Source: a virus
Strand: one strand, 5' to 3'
Virus record (IMG/VR): IMGVR_UViG_3300028840_004168
Span: 32,001 to 96,000 of that record
DNA: 64,000 nucleotides
Made by a program: the position numbers and the translations under genes. Every line of letters starts with the position of its first letter. Positions within the stretch are counted from its first letter, which is position 1. Below the pieces are notes generated by a model. The model worked only from the letters and a program-made list of their open reading frames with translations. It did no database searches and was not told the origin of the DNA. This document shows, one piece after another, positions 46,918 to 55,905 of the stretch.

Positions 46918-48618
46918 CTATTTATTCTTTTCTATCGCTCTTGCTTTGGGAGCGCCTTTGTTTTTCATATTGTTTTGTCTTATTTTTCTTGCCTGATCAG
47001 CTTCATCTTTAGTAGCAGCTTCCTTGACCTTCTCTTTTTCAACATCTATCTCGCCATCTTTCTCAGTCACAGTTTCTTTTTCAGTCTCTATTTCTCCACT
47101 GCTGCCGATTGGAATTGCTTCATAGCTATTATCCAAACTATCAACAGGTATCTCAAGGAAATCTGCCATCTTCTCAATGCTAGGAACATTTTTAGGATAA
47201 AGACCAAGTTTGGCAAGTGCATCAACATTCTTAAGCGTCTGCATATAAATTTCTTTAAAGACAAGTTTTTTATTGAAATCCAGATTATCTATTTGAACCC
47301 TGACGGCTTTACGTTTCGCCACAGGCCAGTTATACTGAACAAGATCTTCGACAATGTTTTCTTCTATCCACGTCTCAAGTTCTTTGATCAGCTTCTCCTG
47401 CGACATCAGAAACATGTCTGCATGAACCGAAGCAACATTATAAGATCCAGAAGAAGAATCCTGCACGATTGTTTTTTCAGGAATTAACAAGCCACGCAGG
47501 ATCACGACTGACAGATGCACTATCGCATCTATAAACATATCGCCACGCCTCTGATCTTGTATTAAATCCACAGTCCACTTTGGATTGCCTTTCTCGCTTT
47601 CTTCAAAAGGCAATGTAACAGCAGAATTGTTTGCTATGTTTTGAACTATATCTTGCATCAAGGTAAGATTGTCATAATCTTCATTATTAATGCGAGTCTG
47701 CCCAGGAGGTGCAGTGCCCTTGATAGGCGGCGTTCCACGTCTTTCAAAATACTGAAGCATCCACAGATACATTAAGTTCTTCCAATACCAGTAAGCATAA
47801 ACACGGTTCAGCCTGGAAGCTCCAAAGTAATTGCCGAATTCAAATTCGTTTGTATACCACGCCGCTTTCGGCATCTTGATTGTGACCTTTTTGCCCTTGA
47901 CATTTTGGGTTATGCCTTTAAACCTCTGATGCCTGTTTAAAAGTATGGACACAGAAGTAGGATGCAGGCACTTGATGTATTTATATTTTATCAAGTCTCC
48001 TTTATAGTATGTAATAGGAGTGTCAGCAGCTTTATCATAACCAGTTATACGAGCGCCTTTTTCCATTGTAAATACTTTTTCAAAAGATGAAAACCCAAAG
48101 TCAATAGACAGGAGCGCATCGCTTATCAGCTGAGTCCACAGGGGCCTCAGTATCGATTGTATAGTGGCAGCTATACTTTTATCATCACATACAATACGCC
48201 AACTCGCAGCTATAATAGGATGTTTAATAATAGCCAGCCCTAGCGCTATCTGAGGATCTTTACGCATCTGCTCCAGAGTGCTGACAGGTATATCCATCTC
48301 TGGAGGAAGGCCTTCACCACTAATATAATAGCGCCCATAATCAAGCTTGCCGCCATACCTACCGTATTCCTTGTTCACAAGAGAAAGCCCCTTGAGACGA
48401 TCTGCGTTATATCTATTATTGATATTAGGCATTTGATCAGAAGTTTCTTTCAGGTAGGTAGTAAAGGCATCTCTGAGATCAGAGTGCATAAACTTACTAG
48501 CCAAGCTCTGTATCTCAGATCTTTCTTTGATGCTAACGTAATTTTCTACGTGTCCCTGTGCCTTTTTCATAGGGTAGTGCCCCCTTTGCATCTCTACCTG
48601 GAGATCTGCTGATGCCAT
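46918..48618 (-). CDS. Portal protein (DUF935/Mu gp29-like); start may be ATG 48570
   Basis: MRKDPQI...L, DALLSIDFGFS.FEKV, N.FG.SRL..VY..W..K, FERRGTP; follows TerL. Confidence 0.85.
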   Translation of the reverse strand: MASADLQVEMQRGHYPMKKAQGHVENYVSIKERSEIQSLASKFMHSDLRDAFTTYLKETSDQMPNINNRYNADRLKGLSLVNKEYGRYGGKLDYGRYYISGEGLPPEMDIPVSTLEQMRKDPQIALGLAIIKHPIIAASWRIVCDDKSIAATIQSILRPLWTQLISDALLSIDFGFSSFEKVFTMEKGARITGYDKAADTPITYYKGDLIKYKYIKCLHPTSVSILLNRHQRFKGITQNVKGKKVTIKMPKAAWYTNEFEFGNYFGASRLNRVYAYWYWKNLMYLWMLQYFERRGTPPIKGTAPPGQTRINNEDYDNLTLMQDIVQNIANNSAVTLPFEESEKGNPKWTVDLIQDQRRGDMFIDAIVHLSVVILRGLLIPEKTIVQDSSSGSYNVASVHADMFLMSQEKLIKELETWIEENIVEDLVQYNWPVAKRKAVRVQIDNLDFNKKLVFKEIYMQTLKNVDALAKLGLYPKNVPSIEKMADFLEIPVDSLDNSYEAIPIGSSGEIETEKETVTEKDGEIDVEKEKVKEAATKDEADQARKIRQNNMKNKGAPKARAIEKNK

Positions 48619-50431
48619 CGCTGTTTATTTCAATCAAACCTTTAAAGATAGAATTCATTTCATCAGCAAGCTTTGGAACTGAGCTTATATCGCTTAATCT
48701 GGAAGGCATCTTTTGAGCCAGCGGCGCAGATACACCTCTTGTTTGAGGCAAGTATTCTTTCCTTTGCGTCTTAACAACAGTAGGAGCAACAGCGTTCCAG
48801 TACTTAGGATCTTTCTGCGCTGGGGTTCCCATATAAGATGCCAATGCTAATGCAATAACTCTATCAGCATGATGGTATTTAAGCTCTCCAGGATCAACGT
48901 CATATCTGACGCTATTAAAATTAGTTATAATTCTTCTGATAGAAATAAGTTGTTTGACCAGTTCCATGTCTTCAGGGATAGCGATCATCTGCCCTTCAAA
49001 CCTGATCTTTAGGTTAGTGAACAACTGGTTCTTTAATACATTGGTAAAAGACAGCGTCTTGACACGGCTGCCAAACTCGTTCTGAAGCTGCTCTGCGAGC
49101 TGCATGCCGATGCCTGTTTCATCAATGCCTAACTTGATAATTGGAAATGTATTCATGTAATACTGAAGCTGCCTTCTCTGTTCTTCAAAAGGTATGTTCT
49201 TAAATGATCTTGCAAAAACAACTGTCTGAAGCATACCTTCTTCTTCTATTATTTTAAATTCAGCTGAATCTTTCCGTCTACCAACGTCATATCCAGCATA
49301 AAGATTTTTAGATATTTTACCCTTAGAAAGATGCTCAAGCAGAACATTTGCTTCGCCGCCACAATAGATAAACTTTTTGTGTTTATATTTTTGCTTGATC
49401 GGATAATCACGAATCTTGTAAGGAGCGCCAGTAAGGTCTTCCTGCCTGTAAGCAAACTTGCAATGGTTAATAACTTCAGGTGGGAAGAAAAAGCTGGCAT
49501 CGTCCAGGAACTTGCAGTTATATTCCTGTTCGAAAAAGTCTTCATCCATGTTCACAAAAATTTCCATAAGTATTTCTGTGCCAAAATGACCCACCACTTC
49601 ACGAATAGACATGCCTTCATCTATTGCTAGTCTGGCAACATGGATGTCATCTACCAGACGTGGACAATCATAAAAAGGAATATTTGTTATTTTAAATCTA
49701 AACTTGCTTGGATTTGTAGCAATGTTATAAAACTTGCCCCTGCTGCCCAGCGGCGTAGAACCGATAAACAAGCAGCCGCCGAAAGATATCATAGGGAGCG
49801 CTGCAACGTATATCTGGTCAGCCCAGGTATAATGGGCATATTCATCCAGGAACACGTCAGTCCTGCTTGTTCCTTTACCTCTTGGCTCTCTTTGTGGATG
49901 GCTAATCAGAGTTGTTCTTGTTTTATATTTTCCAGAAGTAGATTCAAACTCAAGGCGCTGGATGTTGTCAACGACCAGTTTCTTTTGCCATGCTGAAGGC
50001 AGGCTATCATAGCCCATCTTCGCATACAGTATTTTATTGTTAGCGTCATCTTGATTGTAGCTGACAAAGATAGCCTGATAATCATGGTATAAATGGGAAG
50101 ATGCAAGGCCACGCATTGAATAGGCATAACTGATGCCAACACGCCTTGACTTGTTTTGCAGGCTGAATACATTTACTTCATCGACAATCTCTCTGCCATA
50201 TTCATCCAGTACAAGCGGCTCTCCAGAAAGGCTTATCAATCCCTCATTCCATCCAGAAAGCGTTGTGAGCCAATTAGACATATCCTCTTCGCTAGGCTCT
50301 TTCTTGCTTACAACATAAGGTATTTGAGCTTTCTTATTGCTGTTAGCATAGACAGAGTCGAAGGGGTTATCTTTTAACCGAGGCTTTGGAGCCTTCTTGT
50401 TGCTGACTCTGATCTTCCGTTTATTCGGCAT
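48533..50431 (-). CDS. terL: Terminase large subunit (Mu gp28/Terminase_6-like)
   Basis: KSRRVGIS Walker A, VFLDEYAH Walker B, GSTPLG, FEQEYNCKF, GYDVGRRKD, GIDETGIG and HADRVIALALA nuclease motifs. Confidence 0.93.
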   Translation of the reverse strand: MPNKRKIRVSNKKAPKPRLKDNPFDSVYANSNKKAQIPYVVSKKEPSEEDMSNWLTTLSGWNEGLISLSGEPLVLDEYGREIVDEVNVFSLQNKSRRVGISYAYSMRGLASSHLYHDYQAIFVSYNQDDANNKILYAKMGYDSLPSAWQKKLVVDNIQRLEFESTSGKYKTRTTLISHPQREPRGKGTSRTDVFLDEYAHYTWADQIYVAALPMISFGGCLFIGSTPLGSRGKFYNIATNPSKFRFKITNIPFYDCPRLVDDIHVARLAIDEGMSIREVVGHFGTEILMEIFVNMDEDFFEQEYNCKFLDDASFFFPPEVINHCKFAYRQEDLTGAPYKIRDYPIKQKYKHKKFIYCGGEANVLLEHLSKGKISKNLYAGYDVGRRKDSAEFKIIEEEGMLQTVVFARSFKNIPFEEQRRQLQYYMNTFPIIKLGIDETGIGMQLAEQLQNEFGSRVKTLSFTNVLKNQLFTNLKIRFEGQMIAIPEDMELVKQLISIRRIITNFNSVRYDVDPGELKYHHADRVIALALASYMGTPAQKDPKYWNAVAPTVVKTQRKEYLPQTRGVSAPLAQKMPSRLSDISSVPKLADEMNSIFKGLIEINSDGISRSPGRDAKGALPYEKGTGTRRKLR

Positions 50432-51026
50432 TGTTTACTGTTTCCTCAACAGGTGCTGCTTCCTGTTCTATTTCAGAGGAAAATGGCTGTCCATAGTTCA
50501 ATACACGCTTTTTAAGATCTTCTTTAGCGCTGCTTCTAACTTCTTTCTGCTTGATTTCACGCTTCCTGTTTTTAGCAAACCTGTCTCTTACTTCTTCTAC
50601 ATAAGTGACGCTCTTCTTTTCAGTAACATCTTCAGGATTATCTAATCTTTGTTCTTTGGAAATGATTGTAAGCATGTTGATAAGATTTTCAAATTTAACA
50701 TTTTCAAGAGCGCCTTCCATGATGCGCTTGAGGATTTCCTTAATTACGAAATCAGCTATGACACGGTTCTTGTCTAACCTGTAAGAAGCCAGGTCTTTGT
50801 CTTCCAGCTTGTTTTCCTCTTTTTGAAATCTCTCTACAAAAGAAGGATCTTGCATTAAGCTCTCTATCCGATAAACAGGTATATTGAGCATTTCAGCGAT
50901 ACCTTCTATGTCGATTTCAGTAGCCATTATAGGCGCAATAAGTTTATTGCGCATGCGCAAAATCTCTTCTGGACTTCGCTTGGCTTTCTTTTTTCTCTTA
51001 CCATTGTTAGACATATCAAATTCCAA
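50421..51026 (-). CDS. Probable terminase small subunit (likely ATG 51014)
   Basis: Directly upstream of terL; N-terminal HTH-like IAEMLNIP and helical oligomerisation region. Confidence 0.6.
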   Translation of the reverse strand: MEFDMSNNGKRKKKAKRSPEEILRMRNKLIAPIMATEIDIEGIAEMLNIPVYRIESLMQDPSFVERFQKEENKLEDKDLASYRLDKNRVIADFVIKEILKRIMEGALENVKFENLINMLTIISKEQRLDNPEDVTEKKSVTYVEEVRDRFAKNRKREIKQKEVRSSAKEDLKKRVLNYGQPFSSEIEQEAAPVEETVNNAE

Positions 51027-51048
51027 ATTTTACACGACTTTAGCTTAA

Positions 51049-51110
51049 AGTATAATAGGTTATAAATAAAAAACAAGAAAAAAATTGGAATTTCAGAAAA
51101 TATTTTTTTG
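51049..51110 (-). promoter_or_regulatory. Putative late promoter for the terminase operon
   Basis: TTGTTT-N16-TATACT preceded by AAAAAAATATTTTCTGAAATTCCAATTTTTTTC. Confidence 0.5.
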
Positions 51111-51111
51111 C

Positions 51112-51140
51112 TTGATAACTGGCAAGAAATAACTTAGTAT
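51112..51140 (+). promoter_or_regulatory. Sigma70-like promoter, rightward
   Basis: TTGATA-N17-TAGTAT; implies the ORF starts at ATG 51173 (AAGGA SD). Confidence 0.5.
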
Positions 51141-51142
51141 CT

Positions 51143-51385
51143 ATGAAACAATTAAATAAAAAGGATTTCCAGATGTCTAAGAATGCTAAGCTTTCAAAAC
51201 TAGTTGAAAAAGCTAGGAAAATCTTTCAGCAAAACTCAAACATCCCTATGTTTGCTACAGAAATAGACCTGACGAGATCAGAGCTAAGACAGCTTGAAAG
51301 GGCAGGAATAGTTAGCTCTCTGGCGCTAGAAATAGAGTCAGGTTCTATAGTGAAAAAGTTTTATTGGGAGCAATATGATGCCTAA
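51143..51385 (+). CDS. Small winged-helix-like protein
   Basis: LTRSELRQLERAGIV...IVKKFY pattern. Confidence 0.5.
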   Translation: MKQLNKKDFQMSKNAKLSKLVEKARKIFQQNSNIPMFATEIDLTRSELRQLERAGIVSSLALEIESGSIVKKFYWEQYDA

Positions 51386-51758
51386 GCCAGTTAACGGAAA
51401 CTCCCTGCTGTTCGGCGCTGCAGAGATGCTACATGTGTTATTAGACGTAGATCCAGAAACGGAAAAATTTAAAATCATATTCATCACCCATCCAAAATTA
51501 AAACTCAAAGGGCCGATAATTTCACTCAGCTCAGAAATATCAAACTTGATTATTGCGATGCTAACTCCTTTAATTCCAGATAAAAATCTCAAGATGCGAT
51601 TTCTGCCAGCAATAGTTTTCAAAAAAGAAATAGAAAACACCAAAGCAGAAATAGTAATGATGGGAACAAAGCCCAAGCAAGAAGGCAATGGCAGCGTTAA
51701 TTTTTTGCCACTTAAACCGTCACAGATACTTATAGAATCCCCAAAGCCCGATAAATAA
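51375..51758 (+). CDS. Hypothetical protein
   Basis: Coupled ORF in operon orientation. Confidence 0.55.
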   Translation: MMPKPVNGNSLLFGAAEMLHVLLDVDPETEKFKIIFITHPKLKLKGPIISLSSEISNLIIAMLTPLIPDKNLKMRFLPAIVFKKEIENTKAEIVMMGTKPKQEGNGSVNFLPLKPSQILIESPKPDK

Positions 51759-51785
51759 ACAACCTCCACTCCCCTAAAAAAGTTC

Positions 51786-51813
51786 TTGACAAATAATTAT
51801 TTATATGTATAGT
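51786..51813 (+). promoter_or_regulatory. Sigma70-like promoter
   Basis: TTGACA-N16-TATAGT followed by AAGGAG SD. Confidence 0.65.
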
Positions 51814-51834
51814 TATTTATAAAGGAGTATTTAC

Positions 51835-51984
51835 ATGCATAAGATACAAATAAACGTCACAAGAGAGCAGTTTAAAAAATTAGACAAAATATATGAAGAG
51901 ACTGGCGCTAGAAGAGCAGAGACGGTGAGAAGAGCGCTAGATAAGTATTTCAAAGAATATGAAAAAAATAAGAAAAGCATATAA
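51835..51984 (+). CDS. CopG-like ribbon-helix-helix protein (49 aa, not in ORF track)
   Basis: MHKIQINVTREQFKKLDKIYEETGARRAETVRRALDKYF...; AAGGAG SD. Confidence 0.8.
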   Translation: MHKIQINVTREQFKKLDKIYEETGARRAETVRRALDKYFKEYEKNKKSI

Positions 51985-52273
51985 TTTCAGGCTCAAACCA
52001 ACACCTGAAATAGAGCAAAGGTTTGATGAATTTGCTAATGCATGCCGCTTTATCTGGAATAAATCACTTGCTGTTCAAAAAGAAAAATTAGAAACCAAAG
52101 AAAAATTGTTGAGTGAATTCGACATCAATCGCCTTATAGTTAAATGGAAAAATAATACCGAAACATTATGGCTTAAAAATATTAATATGAAACAGGAACC
52201 TTTAAGGATGTCAAGACAAAGTGTGTCAAACTTATGTTTTAACTATGAAAAGAAAAAATGTGCACTTGACTGA
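51959..52273 (+). pseudogene. tnpB: N-terminal fragment of IS200/IS605 TnpB (no RuvC)
   Basis: KAYNFRLKPT...CRFIWN..L...WLK matches the TnpB N-terminus; only 104 aa, and no downstream RuvC/Zn-ribbon part was seen. Confidence 0.75.
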
Positions 52274-52385
52274 AGCTCAAATAAAGAGCATCCAGCAGCT
52301 GTCTAAAGAGACAGGGCTAAAGCCTGCTGAGATCATACGCAGAGCTATTGACGCATACATTAAAAAGCACAGGAGAAAACCATGA
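52245..52385 (+). CDS. Second CopG-like RHH protein (46 aa, not in ORF track)
   Basis: MKRKNVHLTEAQIKSIQQLSKETGLKPAEIIRRAIDAYIKKHRRKP; ATGA overlap with the next gene. Confidence 0.8.
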   Translation: MKRKNVHLTEAQIKSIQQLSKETGLKPAEIIRRAIDAYIKKHRRKP

Positions 52386-53272
52386 GCAACGGAGACAACA
52401 GCATTGCCCCGACCAGAAGAATTATAATCCCTATATTCATTCCTTCCAATAGCTATGTAAAAAAAATAAAGAATATAGTCACAGATGCTGAATGGAATGA
52501 GATACGAAGAAATACATACAGAGAAGCTAACTACAGGTGTGAGATATGCGGCAGAACTGGACAGGACTTTGGCTACAACTACCCTGTGGCATGCAGTGAT
52601 GTTTGGGAGATAAACGATGATGAGAACAGGCAGATACTCACTGGCTTTGAAGCACTGTGTCCACCATGCACAGGTGCCAAGTTCTTCATCTTCATAGAGG
52701 CATCCAGAAGGCTGGCTATAATAAGCCATATGGCAGAAGTTAATCAGATAGATGTTATAGAAGCAGAGAGAGTTATCCGTAACGCCCATGTCAGATATAG
52801 AGAAAGGTCTAGCAATCCGCCTATGAATGTAGATATAGAACACCTGTGGAGACAATACAGGATAGATCCTTTTAACGATCATGAAGGAGAGCTTCAAGAG
52901 ATAAACAGCAGAACCCCATCCGAACTGGCAAGACAGGCTATATCCAGGGAAGGCATAGAGCTTTCTCCTACAATGCCTATAGCCGCAGAAGAAGTTCTGC
53001 CTGCAGACCCACCATCGCCTAGAAGAAGAACATCTCTGATGGCTGAAGACAACAGAGATCGTGTAGACATGGAGTCAAGCAGAGTAGCAATGACTCAAGA
53101 CCTGCTTGATGAATATCTGGAACGGCACGACAGAGTGATAGAAGAAGAAAAAAGAGATAAGAAAAAAACAAAAAATATGAAGACAAAAAACCCTGTTAAA
53201 AAAGAACCAGATCACATAACGACAGACCATATTAAAAGGAAGAAAAGAAAAATATGGCTGCCAAAAAATTAA
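52382..53272 (+). CDS. HNH-family protein with substituted catalytic residues and C-terminal extension
   Basis: EWNEIRR..Y..ANYRCEICG...ACSDVWE...ALCPPCTGAKF; ends KRKKRKIW. Confidence 0.7.
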   Translation: MSNGDNSIAPTRRIIIPIFIPSNSYVKKIKNIVTDAEWNEIRRNTYREANYRCEICGRTGQDFGYNYPVACSDVWEINDDENRQILTGFEALCPPCTGAKFFIFIEASRRLAIISHMAEVNQIDVIEAERVIRNAHVRYRERSSNPPMNVDIEHLWRQYRIDPFNDHEGELQEINSRTPSELARQAISREGIELSPTMPIAAEEVLPADPPSPRRRTSLMAEDNRDRVDMESSRVAMTQDLLDEYLERHDRVIEEEKRDKKKTKNMKTKNPVKKEPDHITTDHIKRKKRKIWLPKN

Positions 53273-53505
53273 ATCTAGCAAAGGTAGTGCAACAGGATTT
53301 CAATGCTGACAAATACGCCATTGCCAAAGGAAGAGCGCAGACAGGATTCAAAGGAGAAGTGTTGCCACTGGAAGCAAATATGATATCAGAATTTAAAGAA
53401 AGGAGATTAGATGATGAAACTTATTACCCACGCAGCAATTTTGACGATAACCTTTATAAAATTGCTGTTTACTTCGTCAAGCTCTTTATGGGACGGCGTA
53501 TCTAA
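53254..53505 (+). CDS. Hypothetical protein
   Basis: Coupled ORF. Confidence 0.5.
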   Translation: MAAKKLNLAKVVQQDFNADKYAIAKGRAQTGFKGEVLPLEANMISEFKERRLDDETYYPRSNFDDNLYKIAVYFVKLFMGRRI

Positions 53506-53532
53506 TTTAACACCATCAGGAAGGAGATAGCC

Positions 53533-53889
53533 ATGAACACATTTTTTCTAATCTTTAATATTGTTAAACTGCTCTGGCCTTTCATGGAGAAAGTCTTTGA
53601 CTATGTGTGGGCTAAATGGAAAGAGCACGATGAGATCAAAGCCAAGCATCTGGCAGAAGGCAAGTCTGAAAGTGAAGTAGATATATTGCTGGCTGTCTTC
53701 AAGGGAGATGCCAGGAATGAAATTATCAACATGATGAAAGAGCAGAACATCAGCGAGAAAGTAGCCAGGGCTGCCCTGGAATGTCTGTTGATCGCTATCG
53801 GCAAGCTGCTTGACAAAGGCAAAGATCCAGAGAAAATTTTCGGCAAAAAAAAGAAAAAAGATATTGAAGTTGAAAGCTCAACTGAGTAA
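53533..53889 (+). CDS. Hypothetical protein with hydrophobic N-terminus
   Basis: AAGGAG SD; helical. Confidence 0.65.
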   Translation: MNTFFLIFNIVKLLWPFMEKVFDYVWAKWKEHDEIKAKHLAEGKSESEVDILLAVFKGDARNEIINMMKEQNISEKVARAALECLLIAIGKLLDKGKDPEKIFGKKKKKDIEVESSTE

Positions 53890-53898
53890 AATATTTTC

Positions 53899-54080
53899 AG
53901 AGGCTGTTGGTCAATATTAATCCTTAAGGTCAAAGATTATTACTTATGAAGCGTCGTGACTTTTTTGGAATCATAATTTTATCAATCTTCTAATGTGGGT
54001 ATTAGAAGTAAATCAGTCAGTTTGTTCTTTCTATAATAAATAGTAGCTGACAAGCAATAACTGTATAGCCAACAGCCTCT
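53899..54080. repeat. 182-bp segment bounded by perfect 12-bp inverted repeats
   Basis: AGAGGCTGTTGG (53899-53910) and CCAACAGCCTCT (54069-54080), intergenic. Confidence 0.7.
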
Positions 54081-54098
54081 ACCTTTAAGGAGATCTAA

Positions 54099-54524
54099 AT
54101 GATAAATGGTATAACTAAAGAAATGATAAACAACGTGATGGCTGAGCTTAACGCCATCTTTAAAGAGATTGCAGGCATAGATGACATGCTGACATATAAT
54201 GAAGAGGCTGGCGGCGTAATGTTAGCCACTCCATTCCTGCTCTCTAAAGGACAAATAGAAGAGTTTGTCATAAGCCAGGGATGTGCCAACTTCAAAAGCT
54301 TTATCAAGCAATCAGGATTTGAACCAGAAGAAATAATAAAAGATATAATGTTCCTTGTACTGTCATCTCTCAACAACAACCTGATGACGATGATGCAGAA
54401 CTTCCCAGGAGACAGGTTTACACAGTATGTCGAATCGCTTGACAAGCTGGCAGAGATGGAAGCAGCTGAAGACAAGGAACAAAAACTAAGAGGGCTGCTA
54501 GGGACAAAGGAAACTGAAAACTAA
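54099..54524 (+). CDS. Hypothetical protein
   Basis: AAGGAG SD; helical. Confidence 0.65.
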   Translation: MINGITKEMINNVMAELNAIFKEIAGIDDMLTYNEEAGGVMLATPFLLSKGQIEEFVISQGCANFKSFIKQSGFEPEEIIKDIMFLVLSSLNNNLMTMMQNFPGDRFTQYVESLDKLAEMEAAEDKEQKLRGLLGTKETEN

Positions 54525-54691
54525 TGTCACTAATACATGTTTGCGAAAAATGTTTTAAAAAAATGAAGATACCGATGATCAGCATAACAATCGGCTCTAA
54601 CTGGACTTGCCCTGTATGCAAGAAAGACGGAGCCACAGTATTGATAGACTCATGCAAAGCGCTTAACAAGCTACTTTACGATGAGGATTAA
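54524..54691 (+). CDS. 55-aa zinc-ribbon protein (not in ORF track)
   Basis: MSLIHVCEKC...WTCPVCK...; TAATG overlap. Confidence 0.7.
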   Translation: MSLIHVCEKCFKKMKIPMISITIGSNWTCPVCKKDGATVLIDSCKALNKLLYDED

Positions 54692-54693
54692 AT

Positions 54694-54963
54694 ATGGAAA
54701 GAGACAGTGGAACAACATATACCACTGGCGATAACAGCAGCACCATCTCAGGCACAATAGTACAAACTATAGACGATTCAAATTCAGCCACAGACAGCTT
54801 CGCAGAAGTCAAAGGGCATGTGCTTGTCCAATACACAATATGTAGAAGACAGTATGAAGAAGCCGAAGAATGCTATCTTGAAAAAGAACCTGAAAAATAC
54901 ATCATAGAAGACGAAGACGCAGAAGATCAAATAGACCTAGATATCTCAAGGGAACCGCCGTAA
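54694..54963 (+). CDS. Acidic hypothetical protein
   Basis: GAGG SD; last gene before the terminator. Confidence 0.5.
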   Translation: MERDSGTTYTTGDNSSTISGTIVQTIDDSNSATDSFAEVKGHVLVQYTICRRQYEEAEECYLEKEPEKYIIEDEDAEDQIDLDISREPP

Positions 54964-55003
54964 TAGATATCCATGTTGACGATCCAAGAAGCTTAATCGA
55001 TGT

Positions 55004-55032
55004 TGAGTGGCTGGAAACAGCCACTCATTTTT
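55004..55032 (+). terminator. Intrinsic terminator
   Basis: TGAGTGGCTG-GAAA-CAGCCACTCA-TTTTT. Confidence 0.8.
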
Positions 55033-55035
55033 CCC

Positions 55036-55064
55036 TTGACTTTTGGTAAAAGCTTAGCTATACT
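55036..55064 (+). promoter_or_regulatory. Sigma70-like promoter heading the tagged-gene array
   Basis: TTGACT-N17-TATACT followed by AGGAG SD. Confidence 0.7.
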
Positions 55065-55092
55065 TTAACTTAGAACAATTTAGGAGCCAACT

Positions 55093-55434
55093 ATGAGTGA
55101 TTGGTATCATAGATCAAGCCAAGAATATAAAGAAGCTAATAGCTGCCGCAATGCCTCCTGGGACACTTGCTCAAATGACAATTCAAGCGATATAACTGGT
55201 GGAATAGGTTATGACGGTTATTCGTGGGAATCTGTAGATGCAGTGACTGTTGGCTACTCGCAATGCCACTATTGCGGATGTATGTGTATAGATTTTGATA
55301 TGCATTCTATTGGCGATGATAAAGTTATTTGTGATAATTGCTTCGATTACTTGTTTGAAATTTTACACACGCTAAACAGGAAAAAGAAAAGAATAATTGT
55401 AATTACAGAAAAAAAGAAGGCAAAGAATGATTGA
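55093..55434 (+). CDS. Zn-finger protein with basic C-terminal tail
   Basis: CHYCG...ICDNC; RKKKRII. Confidence 0.7.
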   Translation: MSDWYHRSSQEYKEANSCRNASWDTCSNDNSSDITGGIGYDGYSWESVDAVTVGYSQCHYCGCMCIDFDMHSIGDDKVICDNCFDYLFEILHTLNRKKKRIIVITEKKKAKND

Positions 55435-55714
55435 AACAATCTTCCCTGAATGCACAGGCTGCGGTTACTGCTGCCATAAAGCTCCATGCTCAACAGCACA
55501 AGAGCTCTACAACTGGCAGCTTAATTCTTGCCCTGAACTATTATGGTCAGAAGAGAAACAAAGATATCTGTGCGGATTGATGATGCGACCAGGAAAGGCA
55601 GGAGAGATATTTAGAGAAAAACTCTGTGCAGGCGAAGGCTGCTGCAGCAACCTTAACTCTTGGCACTATGATGTAAAGAAACGAGAACAGATCAAAGCAA
55701 AGGAGACAACGTGA
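55427..55714 (+). CDS. CxxCxxCC (YkgJ-like) metal-binding protein
   Basis: CTGCGYCC...C...CP.L...RYLC. Confidence 0.65.
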   Translation: MIETIFPECTGCGYCCHKAPCSTAQELYNWQLNSCPELLWSEEKQRYLCGLMMRPGKAGEIFREKLCAGEGCCSNLNSWHYDVKKREQIKAKETT

Positions 55715-55905
55715 TACGCATTACATGCATGATGAAAGACTGCATTTTCAATGTAGGAAATATGGTAAAGCATGCACACCATGTTATAGGATGCGGCAAG
55801 GTAGATCCAAATATAGAAGTAGATATACGAATGAAGACATCTTATTGCAGAAGCCACGAAAAACCACAAGAAGAGGATGGAACAAAATATGATTCTAATA
55901 GATGA
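55711..55905 (+). CDS. Small Cys-rich (DUF1540-like) protein
   Basis: C.M.DC.FN...C....I.V...C spacing. Confidence 0.45.
   Translation: MIRITCMMKDCIFNVGNMVKHAHHVIGCGKVDPNIEVDIRMKTSYCRSHEKPQEEDGTKYDSNR

Noticed and set aside
28020-50431. Transposable Mu-like myovirus
   Set aside because: Only the head genes are Mu-like; no sheath, transposase or Mu-type baseplate was recognised in this window.
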